Assembly: GCA_951406725.2 (NCBI GenBank)
Contig: OX597822.1
Coordinates: 69,998,001 to 70,062,000, forward strand
Source: Octopus vulgaris
Lineage: Eukaryota
Length of the DNA stretch: 64,000 nucleotides
Direction of reading: 5' to 3'
Shown here: one piece after another, positions 51,556 to 63,925 of the stretch
How the letters are laid out: the number at the start of each line of letters is the position of its first letter
How positions within the stretch are numbered: position 1 is the first letter of the stretch
Translations under genes and position numbers: made by a program
The notes under the pieces: model-generated
The model's input: the letters and a program-made list of their open reading frames with translations, nothing else
The model's database searches: none
Told to the model about the DNA's origin: nothing

Positions 51556-52873
51556 ATGGTATGGTAGCCAGTAAAATACCTTACAAAATTTTTATTTATC
51601 CCTCTATATTCTGATAAAATTCCCATGAAGTCAACTTTACTCTGTATCCCTCCATATGGTTCAGTGGTTAGGGTGTTGTACCCATGATCATAAGTTTGAG
51701 CAAAAATACTTCATTTCACATTGCCCCAGTTCACTCAGTTGGCAAAAATGGGCAGTCCTGTAATGGAGCAGTGTTCTCTCCTGTGGGGTAACATATATGC
51801 CACAGAATCTAGGGAACCAACTTTATGAGCCTATGGCTTAGGAAGGACCTTTGATCCCTTTCTTTTTTTTTGAATAACAGACACAGGTATGGTCATGTGG
51901 TTTAGAAGTTTGCATCCCAACCAAATAGTTTTGAGTTCAGGCCCACTGTTTAGCATCTTGGTCAAGTGTCTTCTGCTATAGCCCAGGGACCTCCAAAGCC
52001 TTGTGTGTAGATTTAGTATATAGAAACTGAAAGAAGCCCTATTGTAAAAGTAAATACACATACACACACACATGTATGTATGTATATTTGTGTGTGCGCA
52101 TGGGTGTGTATCTGTGTATATTTTTGGTCTTGTTTCGGCATCATCATCATCATCATCATCGTTTAACGTCCGTTTTCCATGCTAGCATGGGCTGTACGGT
52201 TCGACTGGTGTCTTGGAAGCCAGGAGGCTGCGCCAGGCTCCAGTCTGATCTGGCAGTGTTTCTATGGTGGCTGGATGCCCTTCCTAACGCCAACCACTCT
52301 GTGAGTGTAGTGGGTGTTTTTTATGTGCTACCAGCACAGGGGCCAGAGGAGGCTGGCAATGGCCATGATCGGTTCAATAGTTGTAAATGTACATTAGAGT
52401 CATATAAGCATTATTTATTTCAAATATTCTACAAAAACATGTCTGGCCATGGGGAAGTATTACCTTGCTCAGAAACAGGTGAGGGCTGATGACAGGAAGG
52501 ACATCTGGGTGTAATAAATCTACCTCAATAAATTTCATCTGACCCATGCAAGTGTGGAAAAGTAGACGTTAAACCAATGATGATGATGTACAAAGCTCTA
52601 AAGTAGCATGGAGAGAACATTGGAATTCTAAAGGTTAATTTGATTCCCATCAAAGCCTTCTTCAGCTAAATTTCACCACAATTTGCAATTCATCACACCA
52701 GTTTGTTGTTATGGAGATTCGCTGAGACAGTAAAGTGTGTTTTTTTACCTCTTTTTTTTTTTCCATTTTTAAATATTTCAATCTTTGAAAAATATATTAA
52801 AAGGATATCAGCTTTAATTTAGTATCTATTATTCAAATTTGGCCTTTCTGTCTTCTTTGCTGTTCATAACTAG

Positions 52874-53049
52874 ACTGCATTTGGTTGCACAGTAACTGAC
52901 ATAATTCCCAGGATGGCAGATAATTTGTCTGTTTTTCTTGAAAGCCAAATTCACATCAGTTGATACATTTCGTTGGCATTGCATGTTTATTATATACCCC
53001 ATTGACATCCAAAATGATGAGCAGAGGTAAAAGAAGACAATTCCGTCTG
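52874..53049 (+). other. candidate host exon (5' UTR plus MMSRGKRRQFRL)
   Basis: Non-repetitive island. Pyrimidine tract ending TAG at 52871-52873, AAAATG with ATG at 53014, donor CTG|GTGAGT at 53050. No homology recognised. Confidence 0.25.
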
Positions 53050-53538
53050 GTGAGTACTTTGAATTATTTTCTACTGCTTACCATTTCTAATACAACACTT
53101 TGAGATAGTAGATATGTTCTAGGATGTTTATTCAACTGTTTTCCAAATGCCATTAGATTTTAGTTGTTCTGTGAAGTTTATGAAACTGATAGCGAATAAT
53201 AATACCTAATATTTTCATCATCCTTCATATATTTGTCTGATTATGAAATTATGTTCCTTATCTTATATCTTTTATTTGCTTCTGTCATTGGACTGTGACT
53301 ATGTTGAGGCACAGCCTTGAAGGCTTCAGTCAAGCAAATCATCCACAATACTTATGTGTCTGTTTGTTTGTTGTTTATTAAATCTAGTACTTATTCTATT
53401 GGTCTATTTTGCCTAACTATTGGTCTATTTTGACAAACAAACATTGATTGTCAAGCTGCAGCAGAATTGGGGAGGGGGTTGACAAACATAGAGACAAGGA
53501 CACACACACACACACATTCTGTTAATTTCCTCGTGTTC

Positions 53539-53574
53539 CTTTCTGTTGAAGAGTGTAGGCTTGAAACGTAAAAG
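53539..53574 (+). ncRNA. minimal hammerhead-like motif (A6U variant)
   Basis: CUUU-CUGUUGA-A-GAGU GUAG GCUU-GAAA-CG-UA-AAAG. Confidence 0.45.
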
Positions 53575-53776
53575 ACTTTTCCATTTTCCCGAGTGTCAAA
53601 CTAATACACCTGCTTGTTGTTCATTCACCTGTCTTCATCTTTTGTTTTTCTATAAATTTCAACTATATATATATATATATATGCATGTAATGTATGTATG
53701 TATGTGTGACCGCGTGTGTACCGTTGGCGATTTTTTTTCCTCTGTCTTCCCTTCTCTGGATCTTTCCTTCTCCTAT

Positions 53777-53811
53777 GTTTCTGACGAAGAGCTCCGCTCG
53801 AAACGTTAAAC
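53777..53811 (+). ncRNA. minimal type I hammerhead motif (PLE type)
   Basis: GUUU-CUGACGA-A-GAGC UCC GCUC-GAAA-CG-UU-AAAC. Palindromic AACGUU replaces helix III. Confidence 0.7.
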
Positions 53812-53990
53812 CCTCCTTCTTCCCTTCCTTCCTGAGCATCCAATAATACTATATTTGTTCCACGTTCTCGCGTTGTTGTTTTTTTTGTGCTTTCATGTTT
53901 GGATTAACTTTATTTGTATATATATATGTCTTTGTATTTGATTAATGAAAGTGACGGAAGATTATATATTAACTAAATATATACATACAT

Positions 53991-54022
<32 letters not shown>

Positions 54023-54372
54023 GTACATGCACAGACAGACAGACACACACACACACATCAAGCTTCCACACAGTTTCAGTCTACCAAATCTGCTCACAAG
54101 CTATTATTTGGCCTGGGACTTTAGTAGAAGACTAAAGTAGTTCAAGGTGTTGTACAGTGGGTATGAACCTGAAACCATGTGGTTCCAAAATGAGCCCCTT
54201 AACCACTCTGCCATGCTTGTGCCTTTCTAAGCTAAACATTTATCTTGAATTTCATTGAATACATTTCATATTTAGCATGTGTATAAGTTCTGTTACATCC
54301 ATTGGCTATAAAGGTTTCATTTCTTTTACTGCTAAAAGACATCTCTATATGAAGTATGAGTAAGGTGTTTAA

Positions 54373-54592
54373 CCCTTTAGTATTTAAACTGACCATATCT
54401 GGCCCAAATATTCTATCTGTTTTATGTTCAAACTGACCAGATCTAACCTCTTGCACATACAATATAATGTAATTGTAAAAATAAACTATCACATCATTGA
54501 AATCTCAAAGCTATGAGATAATGCATGATTAATTCAAAGCTATGTGAATAAATAAGCATTACATTTGACAGAGTAATTTAAGTGTTAAAGGG
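54373..54592 (-). mobile_element. piggyBac-like MITE (family 2)
   Basis: TTAA|CCCTTTAG ... TTAAAGGG; reverse complement of 59443-59664. Confidence 0.75.
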
Positions 54593-54754
54593 CTCATAAC
54601 ACATGTTTGTGAGACATAAGTATTGACTGCGGAAGATCTAGAGGGGCTAGAGTATGAATTGAGTATGATCTGTTGTATGCATAATATTTATTTGCAATAA
54701 AGGCAGAAACAGTGAGCTGAGAGAAGGAGAGAGTGAAAGAGAGAGAGAGAGAGT

Positions 54755-54803
<49 letters not shown>

Positions 54804-54860
54804 GACAGGGATAGGGAGAGAGAGAGTGAAGGAGAGAGAAAGTGAGAGAGAGAGAGAGAG

Positions 54861-55228
54861 TATTTCTTTATTCACCATAAGGTTGAGAAAAAGAGGGGAC
54901 AATACGGGGACAGACAAAACAAACGTTGGGGTCAGGGTATCGAATGAGACAAAACGTATGAATAAACAAACAATTAAAATATATACAATTAAATGAGAAT
55001 GAGTGATTAACAAAAAATGAAGCGGAGGACGCGGTCGACCCCACAAACCACATACTCACACTGAAGACGTTGCTTTCTCCTTTTTTACATTCTCGATTAA
55101 ACAGGTTCTTTCACTCGCAACATACTTGCTATATACTTCCGTCTTTTATGAAACACACTTTACGACAGGCATTTCATCTCCAGCCTTATTTTCCGTTTCA
55201 TGTGGAAAACGAAAAAGTCGATTAGCTC
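54861..55228 (-). mobile_element. Tx1/L1-like LINE 3' end inserted in a (GA/TC)n tract
   Basis: The - strand reads ELIDFFVFHMKRKIRLEMKCLS*SVFHKRRKY, resembling a Tx1 ORF2 C-terminus. Ends AATAAAGAAATA then (CT)n. GA repeats flank both sides. Confidence 0.6.
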
Positions 55229-55330
55229 GAGAGAGAGCAACTGGGCATCAAAGATATTAGCTGATATATGTAGGAGAGACAAATGCACTGGTATAGACAT
55301 AAAATGGAATTATGAATGACGAGTGCTGAG

Positions 55331-55611
55331 CAGGGCTGGATTAAGACCCAATGAGGCCCTAAGCATCCCTTTTGATACCAACCTGGCTGAAACCAACTCT
55401 GGTTCTGAGTATAAATGTCTTGTTTTCTTAAGTTTTGAATTAAGATCTTCCACCAAACCTTAGTCACAATTTATGTTCCTAAAACTAGCTGAATGATAAC
55501 TAAGTTATTTTACTAAATTCTTTGTAAAGTAATTTTAAAGTAATTGAAAGAAACACAGAGCAACTTAAAATAAATACAGTAATGAAAGGGTTAAGAGATT
55601 TTGGTGCCTCC

Positions 55612-55652
<41 letters not shown>

Positions 55653-56292
55653 ATTCGAAATATAAACAATAATAAACCATAAAATATGTTTTTATTTTTC
55701 AAAATGAAACAAAGCTACCAGTAAGATGGAAAATAATGTTTATTTTTGTATATTTCCACTTTATTTATATTTGTAAAGTTTTCCACTACTTTTTTTAATG
55801 GCAAAGTCTTTGATCAGATCCTCACTATGACACCATGAACACTTCAAAATTATATTTCCAATAATATAAACCACTTTGAATATTATTTTAGTAAGTTTAA
55901 AGTAATTTTTTTGTGCCATTAACCATTTACCATTTCTCTGATGCTACCCCACCTTCCTTTGATGCTCTAAGTTGGTGGGTCCCAAAGTGAGCAGTATTGC
56001 CCCCATGGGGGCAGTTGAAAGTTCCAAGAGGGCACTGAAGAAAAGTGGAGCAATAATGGAGGTACGATTCATGTAAGAACAACAAAATAATGGGTTCGTT
56101 AGGTTAAGTTTTATTTGTGAAATACATTTGCTTTGAATTTGCTTCAGAAAGAGATCTATGTTTGTGATGGTTAGTTGGGGTAGGGGGCACTAGGAATGTG
56201 ACCTGAGTGTCAAGGGGGTGGCAGCCCAAAAAATTTTGGAACCACTGCTCTAAGCACATACTTATTTTGCTTAATGATTTAATCCAACACTG
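55331..56292 (-). mobile_element. hAT non-autonomous element with nested MITEs
   Basis: 8-bp TSD GTGCTGAG (55323-55330, 56293-56300); termini CAGGGCTGGATTA / TAATCCAACACTG. Confidence 0.9.
55973..56247. mobile_element. hAT (Charlie-like) MITE nested in the above
   Basis: Ends TGGTGGGTCCCAAA / TTTTGGAACCACTG; TSD CTCTAAG(T/C). Confidence 0.75.
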
Positions 56293-56570
56293 GTGCTGAG
56301 GGGAAATGCTTTGGGCAGTGGTGTTGGAAGTTACTCATAACAGAGAAATACAATGGAAGAAATGTTGAACTTAAATCTGAAGATGTTGAGCTTCACAGAC
56401 AAAATGATGCTTGTGAGAGGAGCGACAGTTTACTGTATTGAAGATTGTCCAGCCTATACCACCATGGAATTTCATCCTCATAACTTAATGTCTGCTTTTT
56501 CTTGTTTGTATGGGTCAGACAAAGTTTGTTTGTGGCAGATTTTCTGTGGACAGATACCTTTCTTTTAACC

Positions 56571-57122
56571 TTTCTGAAAAAGATATCATCATCTGAAAAA
56601 GATTTTCTAACTAGAAAGGGTATGGCCTGGTCAGCCTGTAATGATATGCATAAGATCTGGTCATCAAATCTAAGTAGAGATTTCAAACTTAAAATCTTCA
56701 AAGCCACAGTCGAACCAATTCTACTATATGGCTCAGAAACCTGGACGTTATCAAAGAAGCTTGAGAGGCGGTTGGATGGAATTTACACTCACCTCCTTAC
56801 AAGAGCTCAAAATCTCTCATGGAAGCGTCATCCAACCAAAGTACAAATATATGGGAAATTACTACCTGTATCATCTCTTGTGAAAGGTAGAAGAGTCCAG
56901 TTTGCTGGACATTGTTGTAGAGCTGAAAACGAGGTAATTTCTACTCTTCTCCTCTGGAAGCCATCTGCTCGCGATACCAGAGGGTGCACATTCTCCTACC
57001 CTGATGTAATCTCCAGGGATACAGGCATCCAGCAACAGGACACCCGTAATGCTATGATGGACTGTGAAGTCTGGTGTAACATAGTAAATTCCATTGTCTC
57101 GACCACAGTCGAACAATGATGA
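56571..57122 (+). mobile_element. 5'-truncated RTE-clade LINE with open C-terminal ORF
   Basis: SSSEKDFLTRKGMAWSACNDMHKIW..KIFKATVEPILLYGSETWTL..RRVQFAGHCCR..W. Has an 11-bp TSD TTCTTTTAACC (56560-56570, 57123-57133) and a short TGA tail. Confidence 0.92.
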
Positions 57123-58247
57123 TTCTTTTAACCAAACCTCACCTGTTTCCAAATAAGGTAACATTTTCCCATGAAACTAGTTCTTGAAGAATATAGGACA
57201 TGAATGATACTGCTTTGTGGGAAGCAAACTTCTTACCACACAGCCACACTTACACCAGTTATATAATGTACACATATTAAATTTTAATGCTGATACTACT
57301 GCTGCTGGTGATGCCAACAATTATAATAATGATTTCAAATTTTTGCCACAAGGGCAGCTTGGGGTGGGTGTGTATAAACTCGATTACATTTACCCCAGTG
57401 CGTAACTAGTACTAATTTAATTGATCCTGAAAGAATGAAAGGCAAAGTTGACTTTGGTGGAATTTGAACTCAGAACGTAGCAGCAGATGAAATATCACTA
57501 AGCCTTTTGCCTGGTGTGCTAACGATTCTGCCAACTTGCCACCTTTGCCAACAATTATAATAATCTTTTCTGATCTAGGCACAAGGCCTGAAATTTTGGG
57601 GGAGGGGGCCAGTCGATTAGATTGACCCCAGTGCGCAACTAGTTCTTAATTTATTGACCCTGAAAGGATGAAAGGCAAAGTCGACTTTGGTGGAATTTGA
57701 ACTCAGAATGTAAAAGTTATAATAATGAAGGCGGTTTACGATAGACCATCATCAATCAATGAATAAAAGAATAGAATGTAGATATTGCAAAGATACCTCA
57801 AACCATGATGATATTACTTTCAATTATGCCATGATGATATAAACTTTCGGTCTCACTGTCTCTGAAAGATTAACTAAAATATGGTTTTAAAGTTTTATTT
57901 CTGCATAAATATACATTTGCCAAGACATAAGGAGTGCTCTGTTTTATATTCTCTTGTCAGGTGGAAGATACAGATTAAAATAGATTAGCAGCTGACCCTG
58001 CTCTTATGTCAAAACCAGGTCAGGGAATATTTTAGGGCAGGAAATGCCAAACTATATGACTTATAACATTACAGAAATTCTCCGTATTGTTGAGGGCAGA
58101 AAGATTTTGTTTTGTGCTATCATGTATGACAAAAGATGCAAAAGAGTGTGGAAGGGTCTCACACGCATACATACATACATACATACATACATATGTACGT
58201 ACCTACAGACATACATACATATGTACGTACCTACATACATACATATA

Positions 58248-58928
58248 TGCAGACTTTGTGGAGTTAACACCAAAGATATCATCCACATCATAAGCAGTTG
58301 TCTAAAAATGTCATCATGGTATTATCTACTGATGAAGCATGATGATGTAGCTAGGCCACTCTATAATGAAATCTGTCTGAAGGATAATCATGAGGATAAA
58401 GAAATAAGAACCCACAGTATGGTAGAAGCCATAGCCACTCATAATAAAAAGGAATGCTGGTGGAATGTACCAGTGAAAACCTCAATAAAATGTAAGCACA
58501 ACAGACCTGATATAATGATTTGGGATAGAGAAGAGAAACTGTGCACAGTTGTGGAAATTAGATGCCTAGCGGATGTTAACATAAAACTGAAGATCAGTGA
58601 AAAAGAGAATACCTATGCCGAACTATTGAGAAATCTGTAGTTACTGTATCCAGATTACAAGTTCAGGTTTATATCTGTAGTTATTGGGGCCATGGGATAT
58701 GTAACACTCTACCTAAATACCTTTCTTGAGAAATTAAGTTTCTCAAAACCAGAAAAGAGAAAGCTAATTTGAAGACTACAGATCCAATCCATCATGGGAA
58801 CTGTAAAAATCTGTAAAACTTCCTAGAAGTTTATAATTTAAATATATATGAGCATGTCTAGATATGTAACTATGTGCATGAGAATACATACATAAAGCTA
58901 AACATACAAATCTGCACATATACAAATA
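58248..58928 (+). mobile_element. restriction-like-endonuclease LINE (R4/Dong-like) 3' part, copy 1
   Basis: CCHC knuckle CRLCGVNTKDIIHIISSC, KHDDVAR, HNRPDIMIWDREEKLCTVVEI..KISEKENTY (PD-(D/E)xK type). Begins after (CATA)n. Confidence 0.9.
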
Positions 58929-59059
58929 TGTTAACTAGCTAAAACCAATGTCAAAAAAAAAATATATATATATATATATATGTACATACATACATACATA
59001 CATATGAGGAGAGAGAGAGAGGTGGATAGATATGTGTATGGTGAATTACATTTGTGACT

Positions 59060-60105
59060 GCATGTATTTTACCATGCCTGGCCAGGTCACATGCTGACTT
59101 GCAAATTAAGCCATGGTAGCAGAACCATCTCACCAGCTGCTTGATTTCTCTCTGGTTCTTGTGAGTGAGTTTAGGTGGTTGACTAATCCAGCTCTTGAGA
59201 GAAGTACTTGTCCACATGCATTGCATTTCAATTCAAGTTGGATTTCATTTCTGCAGGCTCTGTACTTGAGTCTTGCTTACAGAGCAAAATCTTCAGAGCA
59301 GTGTGGGCCACTCATTTTTGCACATAAATATCTCATCTTATCTCAACAATCTTTCTCCATGATACATCGTTTTCAGCCAATGCTTCCCCATTATCCACAT
59401 CTACCCACAAAGCTTTAAGATTGCCTTTCATAATACCTTTAACCATTTAGCATTCATAATATTCTGTCAAATGCAATGCTTAATTTATTCACATTGTTTT
59501 CAATTAAACATGCATTATCTCATAGCTTTGAAATTTCTAATGATGTGATTGTATATTTTTAGAATGACATTGAAGGGTAGGTGTAACAGGCTGGATCTGG
59601 CTAGTTAGAGCATAAAGCAAGTAGCAAATGTGGGCTGGATATGGCTAGTTTAAACACTAAAGGGTTAAATCATTTCCTCAGTTTATGCTGTGGCCTTTTC
59701 CAGTGCTAAGGCATGGGTACACTGGGCAGTTGCCCAGGGCTCCAAAAGGATCCAGGAACATTATGAATCAAGTGGTCCTGTACTGATCTATGTTTGCTGT
59801 GATTTAATGTCAATGAATATATACAATAAGGCCCTGTGCATTGATTTGCCTAGGGTACCATAATATTGCAAAGGTGGCTGTTGCCATTTCTCTTTGGTTG
59901 GCTCCTCATAAAAAAAATCTATTTAGGCATCTTTCAATCTTCCATTTCTGATAACATGATCAGCCCAGCACATCTGGTTCAAAATTATTCTTTTCTCAAT
60001 ACTGGTGCTGCCTACTTTCTCAGGTATAACAGTATCAGGTATACAAGAGGACCACTTGGTGTTCAGGGTGCATCAGATACAGTTCTGATTAAACCTCTCC
60101 TGCCA
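59060..60105 (-). mobile_element. decayed RTE (BovB-like) LINE C-terminus, interrupted by MITEs
   Basis: On the - strand: KWSSCIPDTVIPEKVGSTSIEKRIILNQMCWADHVIR..MPK*IFYEE; KGIMKGNLKALWVDVDNGEALAENDVSWRK; C2H2-like CNACGQVLLSRAGLVNHL. Confidence 0.75.
59443..59664 (+). mobile_element. piggyBac-like MITE (family 2)
   Basis: TTAA|CCATTTAG ... CTAAAGGG|TTAA. Confidence 0.85.
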
Positions 60106-60172
60106 CTGCTGCTACATACATACATACATACATAAACACATACATGCATGTATGCGTGCACACACACACACG

Positions 60173-60838
60173 TCCCCAAAGACAAAGAAATAAGAACCTA
60201 CAGTATGGTAGAAGCCACAGCCACTCATAATAAAAAGGCGTACTGTTGGAATGTTCCTGTGAAGACTCAATAAAATGTAAGCACAACAGACCTGATATAA
60301 TGATTTGGGATAGAGAAGAGAAACAGTGTACAGTTGTGGAAATTAGCTGCCCAGCAAATGTTAACATAAAGCTGAAGATCAGTGAAAAAGAGAACACCGA
60401 TGCTGAACTATTGAGAAATCTGCAGTTACTCTATCCAGATTACAAGTCCAGGTTTATATCTGTAGTTATTGAGGCCATGGGATACGTAACACACTACCTA
60501 AATACCTTTCTTGAGAAATTAGGCTTCTCAAAACCAGAAAGGATAAAGCTAATTCAAAGACTACAGATCCAATCCATCATAAGAACTGTAAAGAATCTGT
60601 AAAACTTTCCAGAAGTTTATAATTTAAATATATGTAAGCATGTCTAGATGTGCAGTTATATGCGGGAGAATACATACATAAAGCAAAACATACAAATCTG
60701 CACATATACAAATAATACAAACAAAAATACCCTGTTGTTGATGTTGAAATTCCAATGAATTGGATCTAGGTTAGAAACTGGCTCTTTCTCTATTGGCAAG
60801 AAATCTTGAAATAAAACTGAACAATGACATACATACAT
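60173..60838 (+). mobile_element. restriction-like-endonuclease LINE 3' part, copy 2, complete 3' UTR
   Basis: KCKHNRPDIMIWDREEKQCTVVEISCPANVNIKLKISEKEN. Ends AATAAAACTGAACAATGA(CATA)n. Confidence 0.9.
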
Positions 60839-61372
60839 CTGTTATGGAATACATTCATAAACACCAACTCAAGGAATACTAGTGGAATATTCCCATCAAA
60901 ACGTCTGTCAAATGTAAACATAACAGGCTGGATATTGTTGTTTGGGACAGAGGGGCAAAGGTATGTACCATCATAGAGGTTAGCTGCCCTGCAGATATAT
61001 ATCTCTTTAAAAATCAAAGAAAAAGAGGATATTTATGGACAACTGCTTTGAAATCTCCAGTTTCTATATCCAGACTATGAATTCATATTCATAGCAATAA
61101 TAATTGGAGTACTAGGTTTTGTTAGTAAATGTTTAAAGGAGAATCTGGATAAACTGGGATTTTCAGAAAGAGAAATCGACCGGATGATTCGTACAATCCA
61201 AGTGCAATCTGTGAGTGGAACAGTGAAAAATGCAAGACTTTTCTCAAGTTCCAAATGGGAATTTGTTTGAGTTAACTACATCCCAAAGATGGAGACTTGT
61301 ATCTTTGCTGGAAACTGGCTCCCTCCTCAGTGGAAGATTTATAACAATTATAAAATAGAAGAGACATACATA
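60839..61372 (+). mobile_element. sister-subfamily restriction-like-endonuclease LINE 3' part, copy 3
   Basis: WNIPIKTSVKCKHNRLDIVVWDRGAKVCTIIEVSCPAD..KIKEKEDIYGQLL..LYPDYEFIFIAIIIGVLG. Ends GACATACATA. Confidence 0.85.
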
Positions 61373-61464
61373 TGACAAGCTTCAGCATAGTTTGCCATGT
61401 ACCAAAATTCCACACACAATGTATTTGTGAACCTGTGATGTTTATAGTGGAAGATACTTGTTCA

Positions 61465-61680
61465 AGATGCATATGGAGTATGATAGCTTGGTGAAGAAGT
61501 TCCAGGTGATCCAAGTAGAAGGATTTTGTGCAAATGGAAGACCGAGGAAGACTTGTGGAAGAAGTAGTTAAAGTGAATCTCAGTCTGATGGTGGAGATGT
61601 CAAAGGGCTGTAACAAGTAGCAAGGTACTGGGCTGGGGGACATTTGTCCAACCCATGTAGAAATGGGGAAAACATCATGA
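61465..61680 (+). mobile_element. decayed RTE LINE 3' end
   Basis: MEYDSLVKKFQVIQVEGFCANGRPRKT..EVVK, followed by GTCCAACCCATG as in the family D tails. Confidence 0.6.
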
Positions 61681-61760
61681 CATGCTGCTGATATAGGAGT
61701 GTATGTACATGTGTGTGTCTGTGCATTTATGTGGGAATAAGTTTTTTAAGTGGGTAAGCT

Positions 61761-62452
61761 CAGGGCCGGATTAAGACCCATCGAGGCCCTAAGCACTTAA
61801 AAGATTTTGGTGCCCTATAAAAGATTATGTAATTCAAAATATAAGCAATAACAAACCATAAAATAAATTTGTATTTTTCAAAACAAAACAAATCAGTAGA
61901 GGGAAAATAATGTTTATTTTTGTATCTCTTTTCTCTTTTGCGCCCTTTTAAAGCCTAGCCAGGCTCATGTATCCAGTTCCCTGATTTCAATGGTATATAT
62001 GTTCCCCAGCTGCACGGGACGCCAGTCCATCGCAGTGTTACTCATTTTTGCCAGCTGAGTGGACTGGAGCAACGTGAAATGAAGTGTTTTGCTCAAGAAC
62101 ACGTGTTGCCCAATCCAGGAATCGAAACCATAATCTTACGATCATGATGCTGACACCCTAACCACTAAGCCATGCACCTCCACTTATTTTTGTATACTTC
62201 CACTTTATTTATATTTGAAAGGTTTCCTCCTTCTTTTTTGAATTGCAAAGTCTTTGATCAGATCCTCAAAATTAATCTTCAGTAACACATCTGCATCTAT
62301 ACTTAGTAGAGATAAAGGCATCCTGAATATTATTTTAGAAAGTTTAAAGTGATTTCTTTTGTGCCGTAAACCATCTACCATTTCTGTGGTGCTCCCATTC
62401 CCTTGATGCCCTAAGCACATACTTATTTTGCTTAATGGTTAATCCAGCGCTG
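61761..62452 (-). mobile_element. hAT non-autonomous element with nested SINE (61925-62181)
   Basis: 8-bp TSD GGTAAGCT; termini CAGGGCCGGATTA / TAATCCAGCGCTG. The - strand reads LSLLSIDADVLLKINFEDLIKDFAIQKRRRK (hAT C-terminal dimerisation region). Confidence 0.92.
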
Positions 62453-63703
62453 GGTAAGCTACTGGATTGCATGTAGCAGTGAGACGGACTCAGTTTAAAT
62501 GAATCAGTTTTTAATCTTCTGGATGCTGGAAAGAAACTTACTCAAAAAGCTTATAACTATGCAACATTTGGAAAAGCAGATCTGTTGCTATTTTAAAATT
62601 TTGACTTTTAAAGCTGATCATTGTTTTTGCTTCATAACATTTAAAAACAAAATTTGTATCAAATTAGAAAGATTAGTAAAGTTAATTTGTAATGATGTGA
62701 GGGAAGAAATAAATGCAAATAAATGTTTTTATTTTCCTTGTTTTTGCACCGACCTTACTGCTACTCAGCTTCTATCCTCAAACCATCACTTCCACAAAAT
62801 TTTAACGTGTAATTATAACTATTTCTATTTGTGGGTGCTTGAGATATTTTACTATCTACTTTTCTCTCATCTTCCATCTTTTTACAATACTTTAGCCTAT
62901 CGTCCTAATTGTATCTTATTTTGCAATTATTTAAAGGATGTATCAATTTTATTTTCTGTTCAACTTTCTGATCCTTCTCCTCAATTTCTTGGTTCCCACC
63001 CTATTGTTTAGTCATCTCTTACTTCACCATATCAGTTAATCACTTTCAAGTTTCTACGTATCCTTTCCTTACACAGACCAACTAGCTCGATAAACCAGTT
63101 AACATTTACATATTATACATATACATACACGAAGTGGTGAATTAGATACAACAAAACACCTAGGTCAGCTTGTTATATCTTGCATACCAATAGCAGTCTG
63201 TGGTACATTTTGAACTTCATTAAAGATCAATTATGGTAGAATAATTTTTAAAAAAAATGTATTTACCTAAGGAAAAAAAACAAAAAAAACAGACAGTAAT
63301 CATACCCCTTTTCGGGCACTCATTTTTGACTGGAAGACAGGTATAGCCAGTACAAGTTAATATAATTCATACTTAATCTGAATTGTTAGTAATCTACCCA
63401 TGGGCAGACAAGCAATTCTGGAGAAGAATTAGGGAAGGGCTCAATACTGTATTGCGAGGGCGACTCACAATATAGATGGCTGCATGAAGAGATGAGGCTA
63501 TCGAGTAAGTTTATTTTAGGTTCAGTGGAGCAGAAGAAATTGTAGTAGTAGTAATAGTAGGTAATAAATATGCTGCTCGACAGGGGATCAAAAGCTGAAC
63601 AGTTTATTGATGAAGGCTTGTTTACGAAGCAGTCGGCCCTTTTATAGATGGGAATAGCTTAAAATATGAGTACGCACATAATAAGAGAGTGCCCTGGTAT
63701 ATT

Positions 63704-63925
63704 GATTTCAAATTTTGACACAAGGCCAGCAATTTCGGAGTAGGAGGGGTTAGCCGATTACATCGACCCCTGTGTTCAACTGATACTTATTTTATCGCCC
63801 CACGAAATGATGAAAGGCGAAGTCAACCTCGGCGTAATTTGAACTCAGAACGTAAAACGGACGAACTGTCATTAAACATTTTGCCTGTCATGCTAACAAT
63901 TCTGTCTGCTTGCCGCCTTTGAATT
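63704..63925 (-). mobile_element. SINE family A copy with target-site duplication
   Basis: Flanked by CCCTGGTATATT (63692-63703) and CCCTAGTATATT (63926-63937). Confidence 0.8.

Noticed and set aside
63060-63095. Acceptor TTTCCTTACACAG followed by a short terminal exon
   Set aside because: Only a few codons and no supporting homology; expected by chance.
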